The notes beneath the pieces are model-generated. The model did not search any database and was not told the DNA's origin. It saw nothing but the letters and a program-made list of their open reading frames with translations. A stretch of 64,000 nucleotides of DNA, taken from the NCBI GenBank assembly GCA_965202985.1, contig CBDBCF010000001.1, positions 1,472,001 to 1,536,000 on the forward strand, in the 5' to 3' direction. The first letter of the stretch is position 1. Each line of letters starts with the position of its first letter. The translations under genes were made by a program, and so were the position numbers. Shown here piece after piece: positions 40,344 to 50,315 of the stretch. Source of the stretch: Longimicrobiales bacterium (GTDB lineage Bacteria > Gemmatimonadota > Gemmatimonadetes > Longimicrobiales > Gaopeijiaceae).

Positions 40344-42637
40344 CCGGCCAACACGTCGAATAGCAGCGGCCACGTGACGATGCTTTGGCCTCGGTAGTTG
40401 GGCTGGAAGCCGAAGAGGATCACTTCGCCGCGGCCGATCCGCGCCCGCAGCATCGCCGGGCGGCCCGCCAGTCGTTCAGGGCCCAGGACCCAACCGGCCA
40501 CCAAGGGTTCGGGCGCGTACCGGCCCAGCACCTCCACCCGGTCGTCGCCGACCTCGAAGGCGCGGCTGCTCCGCCAATACCACACGGGCGTCGAGCCGTC
40601 GTAGCTCGCCGTCGTCCGATCCGGCGTCAGCTCCACGCGCAACAGGGACCCCGGCACATAGAAGTCGGTGCTGGGAAGACCGGCCACCGGGTTGGTCACG
40701 TTCAGCCCGAACAGATCGACGGCGAACCGGGCGGCCTCTTCCACCACGACCATCCTGCCGCCGTTCTCCACGAACTGCCGCACCGCGGCGCTCCCGGCCG
40801 GGCCCAGGCCGCCCGTGTACTGTTCGGGCAACGACCCCGGCGGATGCCCCTCTACGATCGACTCGGCCGACTGGCTTTGGAAGAGCAGCACGTCGTAGTC
40901 GTCGTTCAGGGCGCCCGCGCGGAGGCGGACGTCGTGGAGCGTGTCGTAGCGGAGGGCGTGCTGGTCCAGCATCCAGCGGGTCCAACCGGCGGGCATCGTC
41001 TCGCGGTGTCCCTTGTACACGCCCACGCGGGGCGCTTGGTCGCCGGACAGGGCGGGCGGAAGCTCGTAGCCCACGGCGGGCGGCTCGATGGGGTCGCCCA
41101 AGACCGCATCGGGCACGGATTCCAGCGCGTGCGCCTCCACGCCCATCAGCAGGGGCAGCGCGTGGGCCGTCACGTCGTAGGGGCGCTTCGGCGGCCCGCC
41201 GGGAAACTCCCGCAAGTCGGGGTACTCCTGCTTCGCCAGCAGCGTCTGGGCGAAGGCGGCGTAGGGCTGCTGCATGAGCACCACGAAGGAGCCGGCCGGA
41301 TGCGACGTGCCGTCGGCGGTGAACGCTTCTTCGGCGCGCCGCACTTCGACGTCGCCCATGGCCAGGATGCGAAGCACGCTCTCCAAGCCCACGCGGTTGT
41401 CTTGTCCGTCGGGGATCGCCCAGGCCGCCGGCCACTCGGGCCAGCCCGCAACCGCCCGTTCGTTCACGCGGTGGAAGTTCTCCAGCCAGTAGCGCCGGTT
41501 CCGCGCGGCGTTGGACAGGAGCGCAACGGCGCCCGAGAACTGGTAGTCGACGATCTCGGGAAGGCCCCACTCCCCGCCGCGCCAGGGCCAGGGGAAGTTC
41601 CACGCCGACTGCGACGCGTCGTACTCGCGCCCGCCCCGCACGCGCCCGGCCGGGACATCGACCGTCGTGGCCAAGCGGGCCGACGCGGTCTCGCTCAAGA
41701 TGCGGGCGCCGCCGTGGTAGTGCATGTAGGCCCTGCCGGGGTGGTATCCGTCAAAGATGGCGTTCACTACGACGCCCTGCTTGCCCTGCGACGTGAGTTC
41801 GGCGGCCATCCACGTGCCCAGCTGGTTCACCGCCGCGACCAGCCCCGGGTCCACGTTCGGCTCCATGGGATCGATGTACGGCGGGAAGAAGATGCGGGCG
41901 CCGGACCCGCCCATCTGGTGGATGTCGTGGACGATCTGGGGATGCCAGTCGTTCTGGGCGCGCACGGTGTGCTGCGTTTCCTTCTGGTAGAAGGTGTACC
42001 AGTCCCGGTTGTTGTCGTGGCCCGTGTAGAAGTGGTACAGCCACGGCGGCGCTCGGCCGTCGAAGGGACCGCCCGCGTGCTCGTTGTAGAAGTCGTTCAC
42101 CCACTGGGTGCCGTCGGGGTTGAGCGACGGGATCTGGAGCAGGACGACGTTCTCCAGGATCTCCGCCACGTCCTCGCCGGCGTCGGAGGCCAGGTGGTGG
42201 GCCAGCGTAGCCGCCACCTGGGCGCTCCCCACCTCGGTGGAGTGGATGGCGTGGGTGATCATGACCACGACCCTGCCCTCGTCCAGCAGCCCCGCCAGCT
42301 CGGCCTCGCCGTCGGCTCCCGCCGCCAAGGTGCGCGGGTCGGCCAGCGTTCGCTGCACGTCGCGGAGGCGGTCCATCTGCCGATGGTTGGCCGGGCTGGT
42401 GATCGTGAGCATCACGAAGGGCCGCCCCATCGTCGTGGGTCCCAGCGTGTCCATGGCGACCCGGTCGCTGGCCTGCGCCAGGGCTTCGTAGTAGGCGGTC
42501 AGCTGGTCCCAGTTGGCCAGCCTGCCTTCGGCGCCGGGCGCGAAGCCGAAGTGCGCTTCGGGAGTGGGAACTTGCTGCGGGCCAGCAGGCGCGCAGGCGC
42601 AGGCGAGCGCGACGGCGACGAGTCTCGAATGGCGCAT
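40340..42637 (-). CDS. M14 family zinc carboxypeptidase
   Basis: IHSTE, NPDG, HDNNRD, DIHQMG. Confidence 0.9.
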   Translation of the reverse strand: MRHSRLVAVALACACAPAGPQQVPTPEAHFGFAPGAEGRLANWDQLTAYYEALAQASDRVAMDTLGPTTMGRPFVMLTITSPANHRQMDRLRDVQRTLADPRTLAAGADGEAELAGLLDEGRVVVMITHAIHSTEVGSAQVAATLAHHLASDAGEDVAEILENVVLLQIPSLNPDGTQWVNDFYNEHAGGPFDGRAPPWLYHFYTGHDNNRDWYTFYQKETQHTVRAQNDWHPQIVHDIHQMGGSGARIFFPPYIDPMEPNVDPGLVAAVNQLGTWMAAELTSQGKQGVVVNAIFDGYHPGRAYMHYHGGARILSETASARLATTVDVPAGRVRGGREYDASQSAWNFPWPWRGGEWGLPEIVDYQFSGAVALLSNAARNRRYWLENFHRVNERAVAGWPEWPAAWAIPDGQDNRVGLESVLRILAMGDVEVRRAEEAFTADGTSHPAGSFVVLMQQPYAAFAQTLLAKQEYPDLREFPGGPPKRPYDVTAHALPLLMGVEAHALESVPDAVLGDPIEPPAVGYELPPALSGDQAPRVGVYKGHRETMPAGWTRWMLDQHALRYDTLHDVRLRAGALNDDYDVLLFQSQSAESIVEGHPPGSLPEQYTGGLGPAGSAAVRQFVENGGRMVVVEEAARFAVDLFGLNVTNPVAGLPSTDFYVPGSLLRVELTPDRTTASYDGSTPVWYWRSSRAFEVGDDRVEVLGRYAPEPLVAGWVLGPERLAGRPAMLRARIGRGEVILFGFQPNYRGQSIVTWPLLFDVLAG

Positions 42638-42659
42638 GACGCGGGCTCCTTTTGGTCTT

Positions 42660-43424
42660 TTACAGCCCCGTGGGCGAGTCGATGAAGAAGGTGCGTACTC
42701 CGAGTCGGTCTTCCAGCACTTCGGCCAACGCCTTCACGCCCCACGTCTCGGTGGCGTAGTGGCCTCCCAGAAAGACGGTGACGCCTCGTTCCGCCGCCTC
42801 GACGGCATGGTGGTGCTGGACTTCGCCGGTGACCAGGGCGCAAAGTCCCTCGCGAGCGACGTCGGCCAGCAGCGCGCCCCCCGCGCCGGTCGCGACGGCC
42901 ACCTTGGAGAGCGTTCGCGGCCCGCCGGGCAGTACCCGAACGGGCTCGCCGGTCGCGGCTTCGAGGCGCCGGGCGAAATCGGTCTCCGACACGCCGCCCA
43001 CGCTGCCCGCCCGCCCCACGGGCGTACCCTTGAAGTCGCCGAACGGCCGGGTGCCTTGCAGACCCAGCTTGGCGGCCAGCACGGCGGCGTTGCCGACCTC
43101 CTCGTGCGCGTCCAGGGGAAGGTGGGCGGCGTAGAGGGCGAGTCGACCCTGCACCAGCGCGCGAAGCTTGCGGTACCGGTACCCCGTGATCCGGCGGGGG
43201 CCGTCCCAGAAGAGTCCGTGATGGACCACCAGCAGGTCGGCGCCTCCTGCCACGGCCTGGGCGATCGTCGTCTCGCTGGCGTCCACCGCCGCCGCCACGA
43301 CCTGGACGGGGCCGGGACCGTCCACCTGCAGCCCGTTCATTGCCCCGGCGTAGTCGGGGATCTCGGGCACGCGCAGGTACCCGTCCAGAAAGTCCGCGAC
43401 CTCCGCCAACGAGACCTTGGCCAC
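42660..43424 (-). CDS. Nif3-like dinuclear metal center protein
   Basis: NGLQV, VHHGLFW, HLPLDAH..GN, GGHYATE. Confidence 0.93.
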   Translation of the reverse strand: MAKVSLAEVADFLDGYLRVPEIPDYAGAMNGLQVDGPGPVQVVAAAVDASETTIAQAVAGGADLLVVHHGLFWDGPRRITGYRYRKLRALVQGRLALYAAHLPLDAHEEVGNAAVLAAKLGLQGTRPFGDFKGTPVGRAGSVGGVSETDFARRLEAATGEPVRVLPGGPRTLSKVAVATGAGGALLADVAREGLCALVTGEVQHHHAVEAAERGVTVFLGGHYATETWGVKALAEVLEDRLGVRTFFIDSPTGL

Positions 43425-43439
43425 GGCCGACCTTGCGCG

Positions 43440-43877
43440 CTAGCCGGCCGGTCCGGCCTTGCCGCCGGCAGCGGCCTTGGGCGCCGGCGGCACGGGCGAG
43501 CCGATGGTCGGCGGCGCCTCTTGCTTGCGCCCAACGGCAAGCATCCCGTTGACCACGCCCCCCTCTTCCAGATGAAGCCGGGCGGCCTTGATTTCGCCGT
43601 CGATCCGGCTCGTGGCCTGCAGTTCCAAGCGCGAATGGACTTGCAGGCCGCCCTTTACCGTCCCTGCGATCACGGCGTCTTGGGTCAGGATGTCGCCGGT
43701 GACCTTTCCGTCCTTTCCGATCTTCACGGCCTTGTCGGCGCGCACCGAGCCCTCGACGATCCCGTCGATCCGGACCGTGTCGGTGGTCTCGCAGTCGCCC
43801 ACAATGCGCATCCCCGTCCCGATGATGGAGATGATCCCTTCCTGCGGAGACGGAGCGACGGGACGATTCTTTGCCAT
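43440..43877 (-). CDS. Bactofilin (polymer-forming cytoskeletal protein)
   Basis: SIIGTGMRIVGD..VRIDG.VEG, IG..G.VTGDI, IDGEI...L.LEEGG.VNG. Confidence 0.92.
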   Translation of the reverse strand: MAKNRPVAPSPQEGIISIIGTGMRIVGDCETTDTVRIDGIVEGSVRADKAVKIGKDGKVTGDILTQDAVIAGTVKGGLQVHSRLELQATSRIDGEIKAARLHLEEGGVVNGMLAVGRKQEAPPTIGSPVPPAPKAAAGGKAGPAG

Positions 43878-43904
43878 TTTGCGATCTTTTCTCCCTGCCA
43901 AGAC

Positions 43905-44699
43905 TTACTCTTTCGGTTCGGGCGGCGCGACCATCGACAGGGGGTCGATGGGGCGAGCGCCACGCAGGATTTCAAAGTGAAGATGGGGCGCCGTGGACCT
44001 GCCCGTCGACCCCGACAGGGCGATCACCTCGCCTCGGCGAACCCGGCGGCCGCGTTCCACGACGAGTTCGGAGGCATGGCCGTAGAGGCTTCGCAGCCCG
44101 TTTCCGTGGTCCAAGAGGACGAACTGGCCGTAGACGGGGTGTTCCGCCGCCTCCACCACCTCGCCGGCGCCCGCGGCCAGGATGTACGAGTCGGACGGCA
44201 CCGCGATGTCCACTCCCGGGTGGTCGTCGGCCGCGCCGGACTCGACCAGCGGCTGGGTCACGAAGCCGGGCGCCGTCAGAGGCCACATCAAGGGATCGTT
44301 GTCGGCGGGACCATGCCCTGGCGCGACGATGTCCGGCCGGCCCGCCGGGGCGCCGATCCTGGCCCGCCACAGCGACGACTCCATCGGCTCCGCTTGGCCC
44401 AGCAGCACGCGGAAGCGGGCTTGGCGCTCTTCCAGCTCGGCCACCTGCCGCACCAGCGCCGCCGTTCTGGCCTTGTCGGCGTCGAGCGCGTCCTCTCGGC
44501 CGGCCAAGTCGCCGGCGTCCGCCACGCGTCGGGCCAGGGACGACCAGCTTGCCGCCATGCCGACGAACGCGACGATCGCCAGCACGCCCGCGACCGCCAC
44601 CGTCCGAACCGCGCGCTTCGACCAGAAGTACGTAGTCGGCTTCTTGTTGCTCCCTTCGGGCACGACGACGACGGAGTACCCTTGCCTAGGCTTGGCCAT
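43905..44699 (-). CDS. M23 family peptidase with TM anchor and coiled coil
   Basis: HPGVDI, YGH, GSTGRSTAPHLHFE. Confidence 0.92.
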   Translation of the reverse strand: MAKPRQGYSVVVVPEGSNKKPTTYFWSKRAVRTVAVAGVLAIVAFVGMAASWSSLARRVADAGDLAGREDALDADKARTAALVRQVAELEERQARFRVLLGQAEPMESSLWRARIGAPAGRPDIVAPGHGPADNDPLMWPLTAPGFVTQPLVESGAADDHPGVDIAVPSDSYILAAGAGEVVEAAEHPVYGQFVLLDHGNGLRSLYGHASELVVERGRRVRRGEVIALSGSTGRSTAPHLHFEILRGARPIDPLSMVAPPEPKE

Positions 44700-44718
44700 C
44701 TTGCGCGTCCGCTCCCGG

Positions 44719-45633
44719 TCAGCCGACCACGTCGGCGGCGTCCTTGCCCGTCACGGCGGCGAAGACGCGCTCCAGGTCCCGCGCCCCGTGGAAGTCGATC
44801 CGAATCGTACCGGCTCCCTTGCCCCTCCAGCGGACGGCCACGCGCGTGCCCAAGTGCCCCCCCATGGCATCCTCGATCGCCTCGACGGCCGGGTCCCGCG
44901 GCCCGGCGCCGCCTTGTTCGTCGTGCGTCTTGCGAGGGCGGCGGCCCGTGGTTTCGGCGCGGACCCGTTCCTCGATCTCGCGAACCGACCACCTGCCCGA
45001 CGCCGCCTCGCGCGCCAGGTCCGCGGCCCGAGCCGGGTCGGGCACCGCCAAGAGCGCCCGCGCATGACCCATCGAGAGGGCGCCCTCGGTCAGCAACCGC
45101 CGGACCGACGCCGGCAACGCCAGCAGGCGCAGCGTGTTGGCCACCGCGGACCGGCTCTTTCCGACCGCCTTGGCGATCTGCTCTTGGGTCAGACCGAATT
45201 TATCCCGAAGTGTGCCGTAGCCTTGCGCCTCTTCAAGCGGCCCCAGTTCTTGACGTTGAATGTTCTCGACCAGGGCCAGAACCAGCAGCGTGTCGTCGTC
45301 CACCTCGCGAACCTGGGCCGGGACCTCGGTCCAGCCGAGCTGCTTGACGGCGCGCAGCCGCCTTTCGCCGGCGACGAGTTCGTAGCCGGCCCCCGAAGCA
45401 GCCTTCCGAACGAGCAGGGGCTGCAAGAGACCGCTGGCCTGGATCGACGCCCCGAGCTCCGCAAGTTCGCCGGAACGGAACTCCTTCCTGGGCTGAAACG
45501 GATTCGGCGAAATCGTTCGAACGGGCAGCGTCGGCACGCCGGCGGCGCCGACGGAGGCCGACGGCTCTCCCATGTAGTCGCCGAGGAGGGCGCCCAGGCC
45601 TCTGCCCAGGCGGTCGGCGGTGGTCACTGCCAT
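44719..45633 (-). CDS. parB: Chromosome partitioning protein ParB
   Basis: LGRGLGALL, PNPFQPR, VAGERR, ENIQR, HTH, SMGHARALL. Confidence 0.95.
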   Translation of the reverse strand: MAVTTADRLGRGLGALLGDYMGEPSASVGAAGVPTLPVRTISPNPFQPRKEFRSGELAELGASIQASGLLQPLLVRKAASGAGYELVAGERRLRAVKQLGWTEVPAQVREVDDDTLLVLALVENIQRQELGPLEEAQGYGTLRDKFGLTQEQIAKAVGKSRSAVANTLRLLALPASVRRLLTEGALSMGHARALLAVPDPARAADLAREAASGRWSVREIEERVRAETTGRRPRKTHDEQGGAGPRDPAVEAIEDAMGGHLGTRVAVRWRGKGAGTIRIDFHGARDLERVFAAVTGKDAADVVG

Positions 45634-46466
45634 GCCGATGCTCCTCCCGCAACCGGGACTCCGGGCTGCACGGGCGCAGGGCCTCCCGCGGCGCGGGCGC
45701 GGGCCAGTTCTCGGGCTAGCGCCGCGTACCGGCGCGCGCCGATAGACGACGGCTGGTAGTCGGCGACGGCCAACCCGAAGCTCGGCGCCTCCGCGATGCT
45801 CACGTTGCGCGGGATCACCGTTCTGAACACGCGGTCGCCGAAGTACTTCTTGGCTTCGGAGGCGACTTGGCGAGAGAGATTGAGGCGCTGGTCGTACATC
45901 GTCAGCAGGACGCCCTCCACTGCCAGGTGCGGATTTAGGCTGCGCTGGACCAGGCGGATCGTGTTCAGCAGCTGGGTCAAGCCCTCCAGGGCGTAGTACT
46001 CGCATTGGATCGGGATGAGCACCGAGTCCGCCGCGACCAGGGTGTTCAGCGTCAGCAGCCCCAGCGAGGGCGGGCAGTCGACGAACACGTAGTCGTAGTC
46101 TGGCAGGACGGGCGCCAGCATATTCTTCAAGATCGTCTCGCGGTCGCGCACGCCGACGAGCTCCACCTCGGCCCCCGCCAACTCGCGGTTCGACGGCACG
46201 AGGTCCAGGTTGTCGTGGCCCCCGGCCCGCCGATGCACCGCCTGAAAGACCGGCAGACCCCGGATCAAGACGTCGTAGATCGTGGCGATATGGTTCCGTT
46301 CGGTAACGCCCAGGCCGCTGGAGGCGTTCCCCTGCGGATCGATGTCCACGACCAGGACGCGAGCGCCGCCTAGGGCCAGCGCCGCCCCCAGGTTCACGGC
46401 CGTCGTCGTCTTGCCGACGCCGCCCTTTTGGTTTGCCAGCGCGGTCACGCGGGTCAAGAGCCGCAC
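45624..46466 (-). CDS. parA: Chromosome partitioning ATPase ParA/Soj
   Basis: NQKGGVGKTT, DIDPQGN, DCPPSLG, QCEYYALEG, EAPSFG. Confidence 0.95.
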   Translation of the reverse strand: MRLLTRVTALANQKGGVGKTTTAVNLGAALALGGARVLVVDIDPQGNASSGLGVTERNHIATIYDVLIRGLPVFQAVHRRAGGHDNLDLVPSNRELAGAEVELVGVRDRETILKNMLAPVLPDYDYVFVDCPPSLGLLTLNTLVAADSVLIPIQCEYYALEGLTQLLNTIRLVQRSLNPHLAVEGVLLTMYDQRLNLSRQVASEAKKYFGDRVFRTVIPRNVSIAEAPSFGLAVADYQPSSIGARRYAALARELARARAAGGPAPVQPGVPVAGGASAWQ

Positions 46467-46801
46467 GCCTCCTTGCGTTTGGGTGAGGGATCGTCGCGCC
46501 CGCATCGGCACCCGACTCGGCTTGGCCCTCTGCGCCCTCGCTCGGTGCGGACCAACTGCCGAAGCGCCACAATGTAATAGGTGCGATCCCTCTCGTCGCA
46601 AGCTCGCCTCGCCGCCGAGCGCGCCGGGGGTCCCGGCGGGATAGAACACGCCGACAACTGCTGGACGGGCAAGTCAATGGCCGAAACCGTCGCTGGGAGA
46701 GCGTTTTCCGGCTTACAAGGCGCAGGCGGAGGGGGAATTCAGTCCAAAGCGCCCGCGCGGGCCGAGGCCGTCAGCCGAGAGCTTCCGCAGTCGGGGCTGC
46801 G

Positions 46802-47005
46802 TGTTTCACGTGAAACACCGGCTCAAAGCGCAAAGACAAGCTTGGTCTTGTCTCACGTGGAACATGCTGATCTCCAGACGACCGCTCGCCGGGCGCATGG
46901 TCCGTCCGCGCCTGTTTCACATGGGATACCGCTTTCACAAGGGAAACTGCCACTTGCCGCGAGGGGATCTGTTCGAGGCAGGCTCGACCTGTTTCACGTG
47001 GAACC
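46802..47005. other. parS cluster
   Basis: TGTTTCACGTGAAACA (46802-46817, perfect), TGTCTCACGTGGAACA (46849-46864), TGTTTCACATGGGATA (46913-46928), TGTTTCACGTGGAACC (46990-47005). Confidence 0.92.
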
Positions 47006-48892
47006 CTGTCGGTCTTCCCCTGCGGGTTGTCCCAAACGGCGCACTTCCATCACCAAGTTCTGAAGGTCCGCGGGCGACACGCCCGGTATTCGTCCAGCCT
47101 GGGCCAAGTTGGACGGTCGTATTCTGGCCAACTTCTGTCGAGCTTCCCAAGACAACGTGGTGAAATCGGCGAAAGGGGCGTCTTCGGGGATGCCGAACCG
47201 AGCTTGGCGGCGGAGCTTGGCGGCGCGTTCGGTTTCCCGCTCAACGTATCCTTCGTACTTGGCGTCGACTTCCACGGTGGCCAGGACATCCGGGTCGAAC
47301 GACGGGGCATCTTCGGCGACGGCCTCGGTCAACGCCTTGGCGTGCACGCCGGGGCGACGAAGGAGCTTTCGCATGCGCACCGGCTCCGAGATCGGCGAGC
47401 TTCCGACGGCCTCCAATACGGGGTTCGCGGCCTCTGGCGCGATGGCCGTCTCTCGGAACCAGACCAGGGAACGTCGCTCTTTGGCCAGCCTGTCGTTCAG
47501 GGTACGTTTCTGGTGGTTCGTCAACAGGCCGACCTCCCGGGCGAGCGTGCCCAGCCGGCGTGCACCGTTGTCTTGTCGCAGCAACAGCCGGAACTCGGCC
47601 CGGGACGTGAACAAACGGTACGGCTCGTCCACGCCCTTCGTGACCAAGTCGTCCACCAGGACTCCCACGTACCCCTGGTCCCGCTCCACGATGAAGGGCT
47701 TGCGCCCCTGCACGGCCAGGGCGGCGTTGGCTCCCGCCGCCAGTCCCTGCGCCGCAGCCTCTTCATAGCCGGTCGTGCCGTTGATCTGGCCGGCGAAGTA
47801 GAGCCCGGGGACGGAACGCACCTCCAGCGTGTGTCGAAGCTGGTGGGGCGGAAAGTAGTCGTATTCGACTGCGTAGCCGGGCCTTGTGATCTTCGCGTCC
47901 TCCAGTCCCGGGATCGACCGAAGGAACGCCAGCTGAACATCCGGCGGCAAGGACGTCGACAGGCCGTTCACGTAGAGTTCGGTGGTGTCCAGTCCTTCGG
48001 GCTCCAAGAACACCTGGTGGCGAGGAGCGTTCGGAAAGCGAACAACCTTGTCTTCAATCGAGGGACAGTACCGGGGGCCGCGGCCCGAGATCTCGCCGCC
48101 GTACAGAGCGCTTCGCGCCAGGTTGCGGGTGACGATCTCCTTCAGTGCCCGACCCGTCCAAGCGACCCAGCACGGCCGTTGTTCCAAGAGGGGCTCGCGG
48201 GCGTAGCAGCAGAAGCGGAATGCCCCGCCGTCGGCGTCCCCGTCCTGCCGCTGGCAACGGTCCAAATCCACCGTCCGTCCGTCCACGCGAGGAGGCGTGC
48301 CGGTCTTGAACCGCGCGATCTCGAGCCCCCGGCTCTCGAGGGCCTCGGCCAACTCCAAGGAAGGACCTTCGCCCGCCCGGCCAGCCCCCAACGCGGAGGC
48401 GCCGCCCATGTGAATCCGGCCCCGCAGGAACGTGCCCGCGGTCACGACCACGGCTTTGCCTTCGAATACGATCCCGCCACGGGTCGCGACCCCCTGCACC
48501 CGCCCGTCGAACTGCACTCCGGTCACCATTTCCTGGAAGAGGTCCAGGTTGGCCAACTCGTCCAGGGCGCGCCGCGCGGCAATGGGATACAGCGCCCGGT
48601 CGCATTGTGCACGTGGACCCCACACCGCCGGCCCCTTGGACCGGTTGAGCATTCGGAACTGGATGCGGGCGGCGTCGGTGGCCCGCGCCATGATCCCCCC
48701 CAAGGCGCCCACCTCGCGGGCAACGGTGCCCTTGGCCACGCCGCCGATTGCGGGGTTGCAGCTCATTTGGGCGATCCGACCCAGATCCGGAGTCACCAAG
48801 ACCGTCCGGGCGCCCAGCCTTGCCGACGCGGCCGCCGCCTCCACGCCGGCGTGGCCGCCCCCGACGACGATCACGTCGTACCGCAGTCGCAT
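46994..48892 (-). CDS. mnmG: tRNA uridine-5-carboxymethylaminomethyl modification enzyme
   Basis: [47 protein letters not shown]. Confidence 0.97.
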   Translation of the reverse strand: MRLRYDVIVVGGGHAGVEAAAASARLGARTVLVTPDLGRIAQMSCNPAIGGVAKGTVAREVGALGGIMARATDAARIQFRMLNRSKGPAVWGPRAQCDRALYPIAARRALDELANLDLFQEMVTGVQFDGRVQGVATRGGIVFEGKAVVVTAGTFLRGRIHMGGASALGAGRAGEGPSLELAEALESRGLEIARFKTGTPPRVDGRTVDLDRCQRQDGDADGGAFRFCCYAREPLLEQRPCWVAWTGRALKEIVTRNLARSALYGGEISGRGPRYCPSIEDKVVRFPNAPRHQVFLEPEGLDTTELYVNGLSTSLPPDVQLAFLRSIPGLEDAKITRPGYAVEYDYFPPHQLRHTLEVRSVPGLYFAGQINGTTGYEEAAAQGLAAGANAALAVQGRKPFIVERDQGYVGVLVDDLVTKGVDEPYRLFTSRAEFRLLLRQDNGARRLGTLAREVGLLTNHQKRTLNDRLAKERRSLVWFRETAIAPEAANPVLEAVGSSPISEPVRMRKLLRRPGVHAKALTEAVAEDAPSFDPDVLATVEVDAKYEGYVERETERAAKLRRQARFGIPEDAPFADFTTLSWEARQKLARIRPSNLAQAGRIPGVSPADLQNLVMEVRRLGQPAGEDRQGST

Positions 48893-48907
48893 GAATCCCC
48901 TCCGCGC

Positions 48908-50302
48908 CTACTTCCCGATGCAGAAGTCCTTGAAGACCCGATCCAGCACCTCGTCGGAGGCCACGACCCCCAAGACGTCCTCCAGCGCCGACTCGGCAGC
49001 CCGAATATGAGCCGAAGCCGCTTCCGGCGGAACATCTCGTTCCAGGGCCTGGGCGAAGCCCGACAGCTCGCCCTGCGCTTCCTTCAGCAGCTCGGCTTGG
49101 CGCCGGGTCGTCACCACAGGGACTTCGTTGCGCCGCTCCACGACGTCTCGAAACGCCAGATCGACCAGCGCGCGCTTCACCTCGGCAAGCCCCTGGCCCG
49201 TCCGAACGGAGACGGGGATCTCTCCGGGCGCGGGGGCCTGATCGTCGCGCGCCAAGTCCCACTTCGTGCGCAGGAACACCTTGGCCGCGCTGTCCGCTTC
49301 GGCCAGCGTCGGCGCGAGGGCTGGATTGGGCGTCGCCGCCGCCGCAGGCGCCTCCGCAACCGTCTCGCGACAGACGACCACGATGTCCGCTCCCTTCAGG
49401 TAACGATGCGCGACCTCGATTCCCAGCTGCTCCACCCCCTCGGTCCCCGTCCGCAGACCAGCCGTGTCCACCAACCGGAACGGGAACCCCTCGATGGACG
49501 CCGCGGCTTCGATGGCGTCGCGGGTCGTTCCTGCGGCCGGCGTCACGATCGCCCTCTCGACCCCCAGCAACGCATTGAACAGGCTCGACTTGCCGGCGTT
49601 CGGCGGACCCGCCAGCACGGTCAGCGCACCCTCCCGCAGGAGCTCCCCCGCCGGCGCCGTCGACAGCAGGCGGGCCACATCGTGCGCCACGCGCCGCGCT
49701 TCGTCCGCGACAGTCCCCAGCGAGACCGGCGCCTCGTCCTCTTCGGGGAAATCGATGTGCTGCACCAGCAGCGCCGAGAGCCCGATCAACCGCGACCGCA
49801 ACAAGGCCACGCGCCGGCCCAGTCCGCGCTCGAGCTGGTGAAGCGCCACGCCGCGCCCTTGCGCCGAAGCCGTCGCCGTCAAGTGACCGACCGCCTCCGC
49901 CTGCGTCAGGTCCAGCTTGCCGTTCAGGTACGCCCGCTGCGTGAACTCCCCCGGGCGCGCCCGCCTGGCCCCCAGCGCCACGCAGGCCTCGACCACGCTC
50001 TCGGGCACATAGCGCCCCCCGTGGGTGGACACCTCCACCACATCTTCGCCCGTGTAGCTTGCCGGGGCGCGAAAGAGCGTGACCAGCCCCTTGTCCAACA
50101 CCTCCGCCGAAGGTTTGGGGCGGCGAAGCGAGCAGAGCCGGGCCGTTCGGCTGGGCCACCGGCGAACGTCGGTTCGAACGAGGGCGCCGACCATTGCGAG
50201 GGCGTTCGGCCCCGACAGGCGAACCACGGCCACGGCCCCAACGCCCGGCGGCGTGGCGCAGGCGACGATGGTGTCGGAGTCCACGGGCGCCAAGTCCCCC
50301 AA
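48908..50302 (-). CDS. mnmE: tRNA modification GTPase
   Basis: SYTGED, GPPNAGKSS, GTTRD, DTAG, FCIGK. Confidence 0.97.
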   Translation of the reverse strand: MGDLAPVDSDTIVACATPPGVGAVAVVRLSGPNALAMVGALVRTDVRRWPSRTARLCSLRRPKPSAEVLDKGLVTLFRAPASYTGEDVVEVSTHGGRYVPESVVEACVALGARRARPGEFTQRAYLNGKLDLTQAEAVGHLTATASAQGRGVALHQLERGLGRRVALLRSRLIGLSALLVQHIDFPEEDEAPVSLGTVADEARRVAHDVARLLSTAPAGELLREGALTVLAGPPNAGKSSLFNALLGVERAIVTPAAGTTRDAIEAAASIEGFPFRLVDTAGLRTGTEGVEQLGIEVAHRYLKGADIVVVCRETVAEAPAAAATPNPALAPTLAEADSAAKVFLRTKWDLARDDQAPAPGEIPVSVRTGQGLAEVKRALVDLAFRDVVERRNEVPVVTTRRQAELLKEAQGELSGFAQALERDVPPEAASAHIRAAESALEDVLGVVASDEVLDRVFKDFCIGK

Positions 50303-50315
50303 CGCGGTCTCGTGG

